Origin: Candidatus Babelota bacterium
GTDB taxonomy: Bacteria > Babelota > Babeliae > Babelales > RVW-14
Reading direction: 5' to 3'
Assembly (NCBI GenBank): GCA_018266175.1
Contig: JAFEAY010000003.1
Location: 168,642 to 232,641, forward strand
DNA length: 64,000 nt
Position numbers and translations under genes: made by a program. Below are positions 50,236-59,602 of the stretch, piece after piece. Each line of letters opens with the position of its first letter. Position 1 is the stretch's first letter. The notes under the pieces are model-generated. The model was given only the letters and a program-made list of their open reading frames with translations, made no database searches and had not been told where the DNA came from.

Positions 50236-50559
50236 ATTCTATCTTGTTGCGATGCAAAGCAATCTTGATGAACCTAAAGCGACAGGATGGCCTCTTGACT
50301 CGCTGTAGCCTCCTGGCTCGCCATAGCTTGAAAAGCGACGGCGGCTGGCAGAGGCGGTTGGGCGCCCGGCGAACTCAGCCAATCCGTCGCTAGAGCTTTG
50401 CGATAGAGAGTAATACCGCAATCGGTAAACTTTGGTGGGGTTTCCAAGGGGCTGGCCGCCCGACTTCGCGTAAAGCTACGACGGGCTGGCAGCCCAGATG
50501 GCGGGCATGTCCGCCGTAGTTCGTAGAACGTAGGAGGATGGTAGGTACCGCGTACCTAC
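50236..50559. repeat. GC-rich mosaic repeat, arm A (inverted relative to arm B at 59076-59510)
   Basis: Block 50499-50559 is the reverse complement of 59076-59136 with 2 mismatches in 61 nt. Further collinear blocks pair 50427-50449 with 59188-59210, 50369-50400 with 59236-59267, and 50267-50290 with 59281-59304. The track ORFs here (50239-50632) look like artefacts of GC richness. Confidence 0.8.
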
Positions 50560-50644
50560 AAAAAGATAAGCTATAAAAAATAATATTCTCTCCAAGCAAA
50601 ATGAATACCATCGATAAGTTATAAACGAACAATGTTATTTTGGT

Positions 50645-50674
50645 GGATCCCGGATCGGAGTCCGGGATGACATC
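50645..50674. repeat. Small palindromic element GGATCCC-hairpin-GGGATGACATC
   Basis: ggatcccggatcggagtccgggatgacatc has the same ends as the copy at 59754-59783 (opposite strand). Confidence 0.6.
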
Positions 50675-50820
50675 GTGGGATATTAAAAACCAGTTTTAAT
50701 TCGTAGCTCTGGTATTCATAAATGAAGTAGAAATGGTACTGATCGATAAAATGAGAAAAATAATAATTTAAAAAACATTGCACAGATACCTAAGCCGAAT
50801 AATCTTAAAAAGGAGACCGT

Positions 50821-52296
50821 ATGATGAAAACAAACCTCATTGCGCTACGCCGCATAACCTTCCTAGCCCTGGCACTGACCGCCAGCACGGCACTGCTGGC
50901 CGACGGCGACGCCAGCAACAAAACCTTCTTGTCACCACGCTCGCCAAGCGTGAACATGGCGCACAAGTACACCACATGGGCTGACCATGTGTATGGCAAG
51001 CGCTGCGGCAAGGCACAGACCAGCTTTCAGCTGACTGGATTCTTTTCGGAATCGGAAAAGGGGAAAGATTTAGGGAACTATTTTGGTATTGGGAATAAGA
51101 GCAACAGCTTTACGGTTGGCCCAACAACTGCGCCTGGTGAAATCAATACAGATTTCTTAATGCATGATTTTGCAGGAATTGGAAATGCTTCTGGCACTAT
51201 CACCCTTGCTCCACGCCAAGAAGCCTGGGGCGCACGCTTAGACTTCTTTCAAGACCTTCATTTCCGATTTGGAAAATTCTTTATTGCAGCCACTCTCCCT
51301 ATCGTTCATGTACAACAAAACATGCGCATCCAAACAACCGATGGTTTGCCAACTCGAGCTATTGGCGGCACACAATTTACCCTTGAAGATTTTTTCAGTG
51401 GAAAATTTGAAAACGCTGATCCTGCTGATGCTGAAAATAAACAATCAGCACTGACTAAAGCAAAAATTGGTGGCAGCCATTCAGAAACAGGCGTTGCTGA
51501 CATCGAACTTGAACTTGGCTGGAAAGCACTTGAAAGCAAAAAGTGCCATATTTTCTTAAACCTTGGCTTCACCATTCCAACCAGCAACAAGGCTGATGGC
51601 GAATTTTTGTTTGAGCCGATCTATGGCAACGGCGACCACTTCGCCTTTGGTGGCGGCATTGATGCTGGCGTAACCTTGTGGTGCAAAGATAAGAACAAAG
51701 TCCGCTTGCTTCTTGCTGGAGACTACCGTTTCTTATTTGACAATACACAAAAGCGTACGCTGGGAGTTATGGACGATGTCGGCGTACCACAGAGATTTGG
51801 TCATTATGCTGCAGGCTATAAACTTCTCCAGGATCCAGGAACCCCACTTTTTCCACTAGCAAATGTATTAACACAAAATGTTGGCGTTGAACCGGGTAGT
51901 CAAATTGATGCACTTGCAGCACTTTCGTTCAACTTCTGCCGCTTAACTTTTGATGCTGGTTATAACCTCTTCTGGAGAGATAAAGAATCAGTCAAAGTAA
52001 AAGCTTGGGAAGATGGAGTTTACTACCAAGCTAGCATTCTTCGCGATGCAACTGATGCTTTTACTCTTGTTAATGCAGGTCTTGACACTCCTATCAATCG
52101 TAAAAATTTAAACATCGCGGCAGCAGCAACACCATCACTCCTTTCTCATAAAATATTTGGTAGCTTGGCTTACTCAGGCAAAATTAAAAATCAGTATCCA
52201 TGCAGCTTTGGTGTAGGCGGATCGTATGAGTTTGCTGATACCAACGCGGACCTTGAAAATTGGAGCGCTTGGATTAAAGCAATTCTCTCATTCTAA
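50821..52296 (+). CDS. Outer-membrane beta-barrel protein, paralogue 3
   Basis: Signal peptide ITFLALALTASTALLA, NKTFLSPRSPSVNMAHKY, YGNGDHFAFGGGIDAG, AGYNLFWRD, C-terminal IKAILSF. AGGAGA precedes the ATG. Confidence 0.65.
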   Translation: MMKTNLIALRRITFLALALTASTALLADGDASNKTFLSPRSPSVNMAHKYTTWADHVYGKRCGKAQTSFQLTGFFSESEKGKDLGNYFGIGNKSNSFTVGPTTAPGEINTDFLMHDFAGIGNASGTITLAPRQEAWGARLDFFQDLHFRFGKFFIAATLPIVHVQQNMRIQTTDGLPTRAIGGTQFTLEDFFSGKFENADPADAENKQSALTKAKIGGSHSETGVADIELELGWKALESKKCHIFLNLGFTIPTSNKADGEFLFEPIYGNGDHFAFGGGIDAGVTLWCKDKNKVRLLLAGDYRFLFDNTQKRTLGVMDDVGVPQRFGHYAAGYKLLQDPGTPLFPLANVLTQNVGVEPGSQIDALAALSFNFCRLTFDAGYNLFWRDKESVKVKAWEDGVYYQASILRDATDAFTLVNAGLDTPINRKNLNIAAAATPSLLSHKIFGSLAYSGKIKNQYPCSFGVGGSYEFADTNADLENWSAWIKAILSF

Positions 52297-52387
52297 AAAA
52301 TCAGCAACCCCACTCTTCCTGAGTGTTTTTGCGCAATGAAATGAAGCAAAAAAGTATCGAATGATTTTGAGTAATAAAAATCTATAG

Positions 52388-52416
52388 AGGCGCTCAATTG
52401 ATGAGCGCCTTTTTTC
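52388..52416 (+). terminator. Rho-independent terminator
   Basis: aggcgctca-attg-atgagcgcct followed by tttttc. Confidence 0.75.
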
Positions 52417-52446
52417 ATGCGATCTGATCAGTCATACAAATCAAGA

Positions 52447-52498
52447 TTATTTTCAAAATTAAAAATTATTGACTTATATTTCAAATAGAGAATATCAT
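52447..52498 (+). promoter_or_regulatory. Conserved AT-rich promoter motif (copy 4) for the 1414-aa protein gene
   Basis: attattttcaaaattaaaaattaTTGACTtatatttcaaatagagaaTATCAT: -35 at 52469-52474, 18-nt spacer, -10 at 52493-52498. Confidence 0.5.
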
Positions 52499-52553
52499 TA
52501 GGTTAGGATATAAAATTTTTCTAAAGATACTATTTATATTGAAAGGGATTTCC

Positions 52554-55500
52554 ATGATCAAGAAACAGGCCCTCGTGTGGGGGATAGCTATTATCCTAAC
52601 AGCGATTGGATCGTTCCATTTATATGGAATGATGAAAACCCCTGAAGGGACCCAAGAGGCACAAGAAATAAATAGAATCGTTAAAAGTATTAATGACGCT
52701 CCAACATCAGTAGCTAAGATTAAGGCTCTGCCACTTTATAAAAGATATGAAGAGCTTATCACTCATCCTCACCTTGCAGGTAAGCCATTGGGAAATACGG
52801 TTATACCTAAGCTTAAAACAAAAGTTAAAGATACTTTCACAGCAGCAAGTCCAGCCGATTTTACTAGTTCTGATGCAAGCGTTCAGGCAAATGTAACTGA
52901 ATATACAGTCAAAGCTGCCGATGCAGATATTAAAGCCGCCGCTGGAGCTATCGCTGCTTCAACCGACGCAGAAAAAATTGATCGCATGCTTGCTCAAGTC
53001 ACTCCACTTGTTAAACCAATTGAAGATGCAATCGTCGCCGCTGCAGCCTTCAAAGCAAGTGATTATGATCCTCGCTTACTTGCTTTAAAAGCAGGAAAAG
53101 ATGTTGCTTTCAAATTACCATTTGCTGATTCTTTAGAAAAATTGGCAGGCGCGAACAACTATCCAGATAAACTCGCTCAAATCAAAGCTGATATAGCAGC
53201 AATTAAAGGAAATCAGCCAGTTAATCTTAAAGACCCACTCACAACTCCTGGCGGAGTTAAACCAACCGTCAACGGAGGAGCTCTTGCAGAGGTCAAAGAT
53301 GGCCCAAGTGCCACTGCATTTTACACAGCAGTAAAAGCACTTTCAGACGATATTCTTCCAAAGCTTAACCTTGATACCATTAAACAAGCTTTTGCTGATG
53401 TATCCAGGGCTCCTGGAAAAACGTTTACTTTTGCTGACGGTTCTAAAAAGGTAGCAGGTGTTGGGGCTACTAGAGTTGAAACTCGAATGCATAAGTACAG
53501 CCTGCGTAACAAAATCCTCGCTGCCCTTGGCATTACAACCTACAACGACGCTGATGCTAACTTTGCGAACCGCTTTACAGCTACCAAGCCAGACGGCGTT
53601 GCAGCAACACTGTTAGCTATTAAAGCTATTGTTGATCCAGCGCGTACAGCATGGATAGATGTAGATGGAGTAAATGGAACTCATGGAAAAGATGGTTGCT
53701 TCACATCCCTTTCTGCGGCTCAAAAAAATGACGTCAACTATAAGTCTTTCGTAAATGATCCAGCAGGAAGCAACGTAGATTACCCTCGCTTCACATCAAT
53801 AGGCTCAACAGAATATACAAGTTTCAAAAATTTATGGGATGAATTTAATGCTATCTTTACTCTAGCACACGGTGCTGTAAGAGGTGCAGCAAAGAGTCTT
53901 CCAACAGCAACGAAAGCTGCAAATCCAAACGATCGCATGAAAAAAGACCTCTCTGCTCGCCTTGCAGCAGCTGAAGCACTTGCTGCAAAACTTGGAGTTG
54001 ATCACACAACTGCCAATTCAATGAAAAAACTATTGCATGATGTAACGAATCTCAAGGCACCAACGCTCGCAAAAATTGCTATTGCTGGAACAGATTATTT
54101 CTTTACCGACAATAAAACTAATGGTGGAAACAAATCTTGGAAAGCATTTGCAACCGCTGCTGACGATCTGGCAAAAACTCTTAAAACACCTGATCAATTA
54201 GTTGCTGAAGCCAAAGCGTTTCTTTCAGCATTCCTTGGCAAAAATGCTGCCTTGACCGCTGATGAACCATCAGTACAACTTACCATTTCAGGCGCAAACA
54301 AATCATTGTTTCAAGCGCTGTCTGAATTTAAAACTGATATTGCAAAACGAGCAAAGCATACAGACCTCGATACCGATGCAACACACAGCGCTAACTACAA
54401 ACTTATTAAGAAAGTACTGGATCCAAAAGAGTTCAAATCAGTTGATGGTACTGAGCTTGGTAGCTTCTTTGATACAGCAAATGATTTCGCCTCATTACCA
54501 AAAGCAACATTATCAATGGCAACTGGAACCGGTGGCGCAGAATCGGATGATAATAAAAAGAAATTCTTTGAAGCTGCTCAACAGTTTGTAGCTGAGTTAA
54601 AGAAACTTCAACAGGACCTAGGCATAGCTGCAGCAGCTAATGCCGCAGATCGTGGTACAGCATTCGAAGCACAGGCTACTGCAATGAAAGCAGTTGCAGG
54701 ATTCTTACCAAATGAAATGCTTGCAATGGGTAAAGACATTCTTGGCTTCTTTGTCGGACAAAAGAAGGCCCTGACAAAAGCTATCAATGCTGGCAAGGAT
54801 GGAAGAAACCTCAATTTCAAGGACAAAACTGGTGGTGGTAAGAAGTATGAAAATCAAACCTGGTTTGAAGCTCTTACTTGGCTGAAGAAGCGCTTAGACG
54901 CACGCGGTATCGTCGCCAATGATGCTGGAACTGATGCAGAAAAGATGCTTTATTCTATCAACGAGCTTTTTGATCCAGCGCAATCTACAGGTACTGTTTC
55001 TGGTACAACGGAGAGTCTTGCAGACTTCAATATAACAGCTAATTTCCCTGCAACAGTTACGAATGCTGCTATTAATCCTAAAGCTGCAAGTGATGATGAT
55101 AAGCATCTCTTCTACGAAGCAGCAAAAGCATTCAGAACTAAACTAAATGCAATTTGTAATAAGTTCTCAGATCCTATAACTGATACAACCGGCAACAAAT
55201 TTGAGGATAATTCACGTGCATTGCTCGATGCGCCAACATTAATGACGCAAACCAAAGTGGCACCAGGCATTACGGCACCAGGATTCGATCCTGCTACTGT
55301 CGCTACCTTCCTTGATGCAATGACCATCCAAGACGTATGGAGAATTGCAACCGGTGCGTACCGCATGATCCGTGACGTGGCGTTCCGCGTACATCCATCA
55401 CAACTTCGGGATGCAACTGGAGCTAACTTAGGCGTAATTCCAGCAGCTTACACCGATGCGGTTGGACTCCTCAATGCCTACCACACCTTTGATGCGCTCA

Positions 55501-56798
55501 CAGCAGTGAATTTAGATAATGCGCTGTACGGAAAAGTTAAAACTGCATGGAATACCGGCGCTAACCTTGCGGACAAACAAACTGCACTCGGCACAATTCT
55601 GACGGATGCCAAAACACTTGCTGGTCGATTGGTAACCTTTATGCGCGATGGCCGTATACAGGCACTTGCAGCGCTGTCTACTGCAAATGGTGCTTTCGCA
55701 TTTCATTCAACTAATGCTGCTATCAACACTGCAATTGAAGCTGTGGTTGGAACGGTCAACGATAACAACGCAGCAAATACCATCTACGGCAAATTGAAGG
55801 CAGCAACAGAGACGTATGATCAGCTGCATGACCTTGCAAGCAAGATTCATCCAACACATGGAGTTCCTCATGATCAAGCAGATCTCTGCGCGGCACTTAA
55901 TAGCTACCGCACAGAAATGATGGAGTTCATTGCTGATCCGTTGCACTGGAATGCGCGTAATAAACTTGCAACTGTAGCTGATGCTAATCACTCAAGGGAT
56001 AATATTATTGAACCAACGAAAGTCAGACTTGCAACCTGGGCAACAACCGGATCAAAGCTTGCTGATCTTACTAAGCAAGGCACCCCATCAGCTAAACTCA
56101 CCGCAGATCAACTCAAGCTTCAAGAACTCCTTGGTGCACCCGGTGGTACTATTTATGGTCTCTGGTTCTGGGCAAATGATATCGCTGAGCAATTGCCACC
56201 AAAAGCAATTGTTGGCACGCCAAAACCAACCGATGCTGTCTACAACACATACGCTGCTGCAATTGATAATGCAAGGGCCTTGTTAAATAACGCTCTGGCC
56301 GGCCAAGCAAGTATTCAGAACAAAGTGGCGGTGATAAAAACAAAAGCTGAAGCTGATGCATTGCTTACAAGCTTGAATGATGCGGTTGTTGCGCTTGAAG
56401 GTGCATTGTTTCAAGTGCTGACCCATCAGGTAGCACCAATTGAAAAAACGATTGCATTCTTAACACCTGTGGTTTCAGGTATTAAGTTTACTGCTACACT
56501 TGATAATGCAAGCACCAAAGAGTTCACGCTATTTAGTGCTGCTCAATTAGGTGCGAAAAAAACAGAAACAATTGCAACACTGAAAGCAACTCTTCCATCA
56601 TCAACTTTACAAATCTTATTTACGGGGCTTGGCGGAGCAACGATTCTACCTAAGAATGTGAGTACAAAGAGAGCTCAATTTATTATCGACGCACAGGCGG
56701 CATTAGAGTTAAATAGAGCTAATATTAAGGCTGCAGGATTTACCGATAGCAATGTTAATGACTTAAAAGCAGCGATAGGTGAAAAGTATAGAAAATAG
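52554..56798 (+). CDS. Very large (1414 aa) Ala-rich exported protein, unknown function
   Basis: Start at the ATG at 52554 (GAAAGGGA upstream; the track uses TTG at 52539). Signal or anchor segment ALVWGIAIILTAIGSFHLYG. Low Cys and high Ala/Lys/Thr content. An internal recurring motif SDD(N/D)K..F(F/Y)EAA..F...L occurs at least twice, about 170 aa apart. Confidence 0.7.
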   Translation: MIKKQALVWGIAIILTAIGSFHLYGMMKTPEGTQEAQEINRIVKSINDAPTSVAKIKALPLYKRYEELITHPHLAGKPLGNTVIPKLKTKVKDTFTAASPADFTSSDASVQANVTEYTVKAADADIKAAAGAIAASTDAEKIDRMLAQVTPLVKPIEDAIVAAAAFKASDYDPRLLALKAGKDVAFKLPFADSLEKLAGANNYPDKLAQIKADIAAIKGNQPVNLKDPLTTPGGVKPTVNGGALAEVKDGPSATAFYTAVKALSDDILPKLNLDTIKQAFADVSRAPGKTFTFADGSKKVAGVGATRVETRMHKYSLRNKILAALGITTYNDADANFANRFTATKPDGVAATLLAIKAIVDPARTAWIDVDGVNGTHGKDGCFTSLSAAQKNDVNYKSFVNDPAGSNVDYPRFTSIGSTEYTSFKNLWDEFNAIFTLAHGAVRGAAKSLPTATKAANPNDRMKKDLSARLAAAEALAAKLGVDHTTANSMKKLLHDVTNLKAPTLAKIAIAGTDYFFTDNKTNGGNKSWKAFATAADDLAKTLKTPDQLVAEAKAFLSAFLGKNAALTADEPSVQLTISGANKSLFQALSEFKTDIAKRAKHTDLDTDATHSANYKLIKKVLDPKEFKSVDGTELGSFFDTANDFASLPKATLSMATGTGGAESDDNKKKFFEAAQQFVAELKKLQQDLGIAAAANAADRGTAFEAQATAMKAVAGFLPNEMLAMGKDILGFFVGQKKALTKAINAGKDGRNLNFKDKTGGGKKYENQTWFEALTWLKKRLDARGIVANDAGTDAEKMLYSINELFDPAQSTGTVSGTTESLADFNITANFPATVTNAAINPKAASDDDKHLFYEAAKAFRTKLNAICNKFSDPITDTTGNKFEDNSRALLDAPTLMTQTKVAPGITAPGFDPATVATFLDAMTIQDVWRIATGAYRMIRDVAFRVHPSQLRDATGANLGVIPAAYTDAVGLLNAYHTFDALTAVNLDNALYGKVKTAWNTGANLADKQTALGTILTDAKTLAGRLVTFMRDGRIQALAALSTANGAFAFHSTNAAINTAIEAVVGTVNDNNAANTIYGKLKAATETYDQLHDLASKIHPTHGVPHDQADLCAALNSYRTEMMEFIADPLHWNARNKLATVADANHSRDNIIEPTKVRLATWATTGSKLADLTKQGTPSAKLTADQLKLQELLGAPGGTIYGLWFWANDIAEQLPPKAIVGTPKPTDAVYNTYAAAIDNARALLNNALAGQASIQNKVAVIKTKAEADALLTSLNDAVVALEGALFQVLTHQVAPIEKTIAFLTPVVSGIKFTATLDNASTKEFTLFSAAQLGAKKTETIATLKATLPSSTLQILFTGLGGATILPKNVSTKRAQFIIDAQAALELNRANIKAAGFTDSNVNDLKAAIGEKYRK

Positions 56799-56836
56799 TA
56801 AATAACACAATTGTGTAAGTTAATTTTTAACATATT

Positions 56837-57190
56837 ATGCTTAAGGAGAATACCGTGTTGAATATGTGCAGAAAAATATTAATACTACTATTGCTTTCCC
56901 AGGGGTTATACACTACTAAGTCTTTTGCGGCTACAAAAGCTGAACTACAAGGAGCTGTTGAATCACTTATAAAGGAAATTGACACATTTGTAACAGATAA
57001 AATAGACCCAATAGTTGTGGCTGGAAATGCTCTTGTAGCTGAACAGACTACCGGCACTCTAATTGATGGATCAGGCGATGTATCCGCGACAGGAATTGGT
57101 TATGTACATGAAATAGCCGACGGGCTAACGGGAATTGAATTTAGAGAATTAGATCAAACTGATATTGATAAAATTTATATCCCGCAATAG
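56837..57190 (+). CDS. Small exported hypothetical protein (about 110 aa)
   Basis: Signal peptide ILILLLLSQGLYTTKSFA. AAGGAG at 56843-56848 favours a GTG at 56855 or ATG at 56864 start, so the start is uncertain. Confidence 0.5.
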   Translation: MLKENTVLNMCRKILILLLLSQGLYTTKSFAATKAELQGAVESLIKEIDTFVTDKIDPIVVAGNALVAEQTTGTLIDGSGDVSATGIGYVHEIADGLTGIEFRELDQTDIDKIYIPQ

Positions 57191-57216
57191 GTTGATGCTG
57201 CAAATAATTAAGACTG

Positions 57217-57252
57217 AAAAAGGGCTTCGCTTTTTACGGCGAAGCCTTTTTC
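57217..57252. terminator. Bidirectional hairpin terminator between convergent genes
   Basis: aaaaagggcttcgc-tttttac-ggcgaagccttttt. Confidence 0.7.
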
Positions 57253-57260
57253 CATTACTT

Positions 57261-57312
57261 GGATCCCAACCTTGCCACGCCATAGCTTTATGCCACGGCG
57301 GGCCCCCCAAAC
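57261..57312. repeat. Truncated GC-rich mosaic element (GGATCCCAA... with gccatagc module)
   Basis: ggatcccaaccttgccacgccatagctttatgccacggcgggcc shares its GGATCCCAA start with 59783-59754 and the agctatggcg module (reverse complement) with 50.3 and 59.4 kb. Confidence 0.5.
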
Positions 57313-57355
57313 TTCATATCTGAGCGAGTCGGTCAGTCTTTAATATCTTATTATA

Positions 57356-58831
57356 TTAAACTAAGTTTCTGAACTTATTAATAAACGTGTATGTCTGAAA
57401 CACATTCTGAATATCTTGGCAATCGTCTTGACGAGCTTGATAAACAGCGTATGATCGCAAACCAACTAGAGAAAGATGTGCAAGCAAATCTTGACGCGTA
57501 TTGTTCTGAGGCAAGCTGTTCAAGTAAGCTTGAGCTGCATCTTTGGTAGCAAAACATGCTTTAACTTTCTCACCAAGTGCAACATACACCGCATGAAGGT
57601 TTGCTCTTTGGGCTTCAGCTGCAAAATCATCAGCGGTAGCTACTCTATGTAACTCTTCAGCTTGTACACGCAATGCTTGAAAATACGCAATAACTGCATC
57701 CACATTGCCACCATCAGCAGCAACATCAGGAGCAACTAAGCCATGAAGTGCACGGTTGATGTCATTAAACGCGCTGTTTGCATCTTCTACAAACAGACCT
57801 GCGCCCTTTTTACCTGAAAAAGCCCAGTTCCATCCAGCTTTAACACCGTTCCAGGTAGCCTTAACAGGAGCAACTGTTGCGTAGTAAGCAGGGGTAACGG
57901 TTGCATGGTACGCAACATTACCAACAGACTTTGCAGCCTTGCTGATCAAGCCAGGTTTTGCGAGGCGCTCTACTTCTTCTTGGTTTGCAGCATGAAAGCG
58001 AGCCGTGAGGTCTGCTTTTGCTTGAAGGATTTGAGCATCAAAAGCATCAACATCAACATCAGCAAGACGAGCTTTGCGTGCTGCACGGGCAACGATACGA
58101 GCTTCTGCCAAGGTATACATGTGAGCTTTATTTGCTTGAGCGGCTGTCATTGTTGGGATAGCATTAACTATAGTTATTGTAAAATTAGCAATATAGTCTT
58201 TGTAGTCTTGTTCGGCTATATCAGAACGACATAAATCGACAATCAAGATATCTTTAAGGGATTGGCCAATTTTGAGTTCATCACGTTGCTTAAGCAATTC
58301 AGCTTTTGCAGCATTATCAAGACCATTACATCTTTTTGCAATGTTCAAAAGAGTGATCATGTTTTTCTTGTTTACATACGCTTTAACAGCGTTGATGTAG
58401 TTAACAACTGAGTCATGAGCAACATCTTTTCGAAGTGTTTTAAGAAGAACAAGCTTTGCTTCAAATGCAGCTGCTGCATCTTCAACTTCAATAATGTCAG
58501 CTGTTTTATAGCCAGCGGCTACAGCTTTTTTGTTATGTTCGGTTGCAGTAGTTGAAGCTGCAATCAACTCAGTTTCTTTAGCAGCAATCGCTTGTCTTAC
58601 TGAAGAACGTTTGAAACCGGCTTCTTGATCAATCAACGAAGTTCTAAGCGTATTTGCAAGGACTTGCTTGAGAGCAGCCTTGAAATCGGTAACTTTTTGA
58701 CCGATGTTCTCAGCGGTAATGTTTTGGATAGCTGTAACTGGTTGAACAACAGCGACGGTGTCTGCATGCAATGAAAGCATGCCACAAAACGTAAGTGCAG
58801 CGGCACCTAAAGATCGTCTTACAAAATTCAT
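57356..58831 (-). CDS. Ala-rich exported protein (491 aa), unknown function
   Basis: Start at the ATG at 58831 (GGAGG upstream). Signal peptide SLGAAALTFCGMLSLHA. The composition is helical and Ala-rich, like the 1414-aa neighbour. Confidence 0.65.
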   Translation of the reverse strand: MNFVRRSLGAAALTFCGMLSLHADTVAVVQPVTAIQNITAENIGQKVTDFKAALKQVLANTLRTSLIDQEAGFKRSSVRQAIAAKETELIAASTTATEHNKKAVAAGYKTADIIEVEDAAAAFEAKLVLLKTLRKDVAHDSVVNYINAVKAYVNKKNMITLLNIAKRCNGLDNAAKAELLKQRDELKIGQSLKDILIVDLCRSDIAEQDYKDYIANFTITIVNAIPTMTAAQANKAHMYTLAEARIVARAARKARLADVDVDAFDAQILQAKADLTARFHAANQEEVERLAKPGLISKAAKSVGNVAYHATVTPAYYATVAPVKATWNGVKAGWNWAFSGKKGAGLFVEDANSAFNDINRALHGLVAPDVAADGGNVDAVIAYFQALRVQAEELHRVATADDFAAEAQRANLHAVYVALGEKVKACFATKDAAQAYLNSLPQNNTRQDLLAHLSLVGLRSYAVYQARQDDCQDIQNVFQTYTFINKFRNLV

Positions 58832-58904
58832 AATAACCTCCATACGAATAAGAAATAGACGAAAAACATTTTCTACGAGTATTTTATATTATTCACATTG
58901 GTGA

Positions 58905-58935
58905 GTAATACTTCTGTTACTATAACAAAAGTAAA
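58905..58935 (-). promoter_or_regulatory. Possible copy of the conserved promoter motif upstream of the 491-aa protein gene
   Basis: The minus strand reads gaaTTTACTtttgttatagtaacagaagTATTAC. The TTTAC(A/T)TTTG(A/T) core resembles copies 1-3, but the spacer is 19 nt. Confidence 0.35.
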
Positions 58936-59075
58936 TTCGGGCTGCAAACGGGGGGTGGTTTACAGGGGTGGCACCCCTGTAGGCTAGAAGGATGGTATTT
59001 GATGGATGGTTGTTATCCTAAACTCAAAGCTCAACCTGCTTTAGATTATGGTTTTTATCTAAACTCCCGTGTTTC

Positions 59076-59510
59076 GTAGGTACGCGGTACCTACCATCCT
59101 CCTACGTTCTACGAACTATGGCGGACAGGCCCGCCAAGGTACATCCCGCTCATGCTGAGTGCCCAGCTTGCTGGGTGTATCGAAGCACCTTGGAAACCCC
59201 ACCAAAATTTGTCCAACTCTTAATTACTCTTTTTTCGAAGCCTTAGCAACGGGTTGGCTAAGTTCGCAAGGCGCTCAAGGCCACCCTGTTGCTTTAAGTT
59301 CACCAAAATTACTCTGTACCTGTTATAAATTCCGCCTGAGCTCTAACAAGCCGGAGCCTGTCCGCTTAAGTTCACTACGACTAAGCTCCCGACGTCGCCC
59401 TCTGGGCTATGGCGAGGCAGGCAGGATAAACTCTGTTCAAAGAACGAAGGCGGGAGCAAGGTTGAAGAGATTCAGCTGTGCGGCGCTCTTCGACTAAGCC
59501 TATACCTGCA
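59076..59510. repeat. GC-rich mosaic repeat, arm B
   Basis: See arm A. It starts with the hairpin gtaggtac-gcg-gtacctac and contains extra copies of modules (cctgtccgcttaagttcac, gggctatggcgagg). The track ORF 59159-59497 is considered non-coding. Confidence 0.8.
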
Positions 59511-59602
59511 AGTCGCACAGATTATTGACCCGTGTTACCAAATTTGATAACATTCTATTAGGTGTAAGCCATATTTTTTTAAAATCTCAAACAGGTGTTT
59601 TA

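Noticed and set aside
50239-50632. Track ORFs of 60-112 aa inside the GC-rich regions (50239-50421, 50390-50632, 59159-59497, 45200-45394)
   Set aside because: The DNA is repeat-family sequence built of short hairpin modules. The two large copies are inverted relative to each other and do not conserve a reading frame. The open frames are best explained by GC richness, which leaves few stop codons.
56805-56816. Perfect 12-bp palindrome ACACAATTGTGT between the 1414-aa gene and the small exported-protein gene
   Set aside because: It is too short to be distinguished from chance in 64 kb, it cannot form a stable hairpin, and it has no repeat partner.
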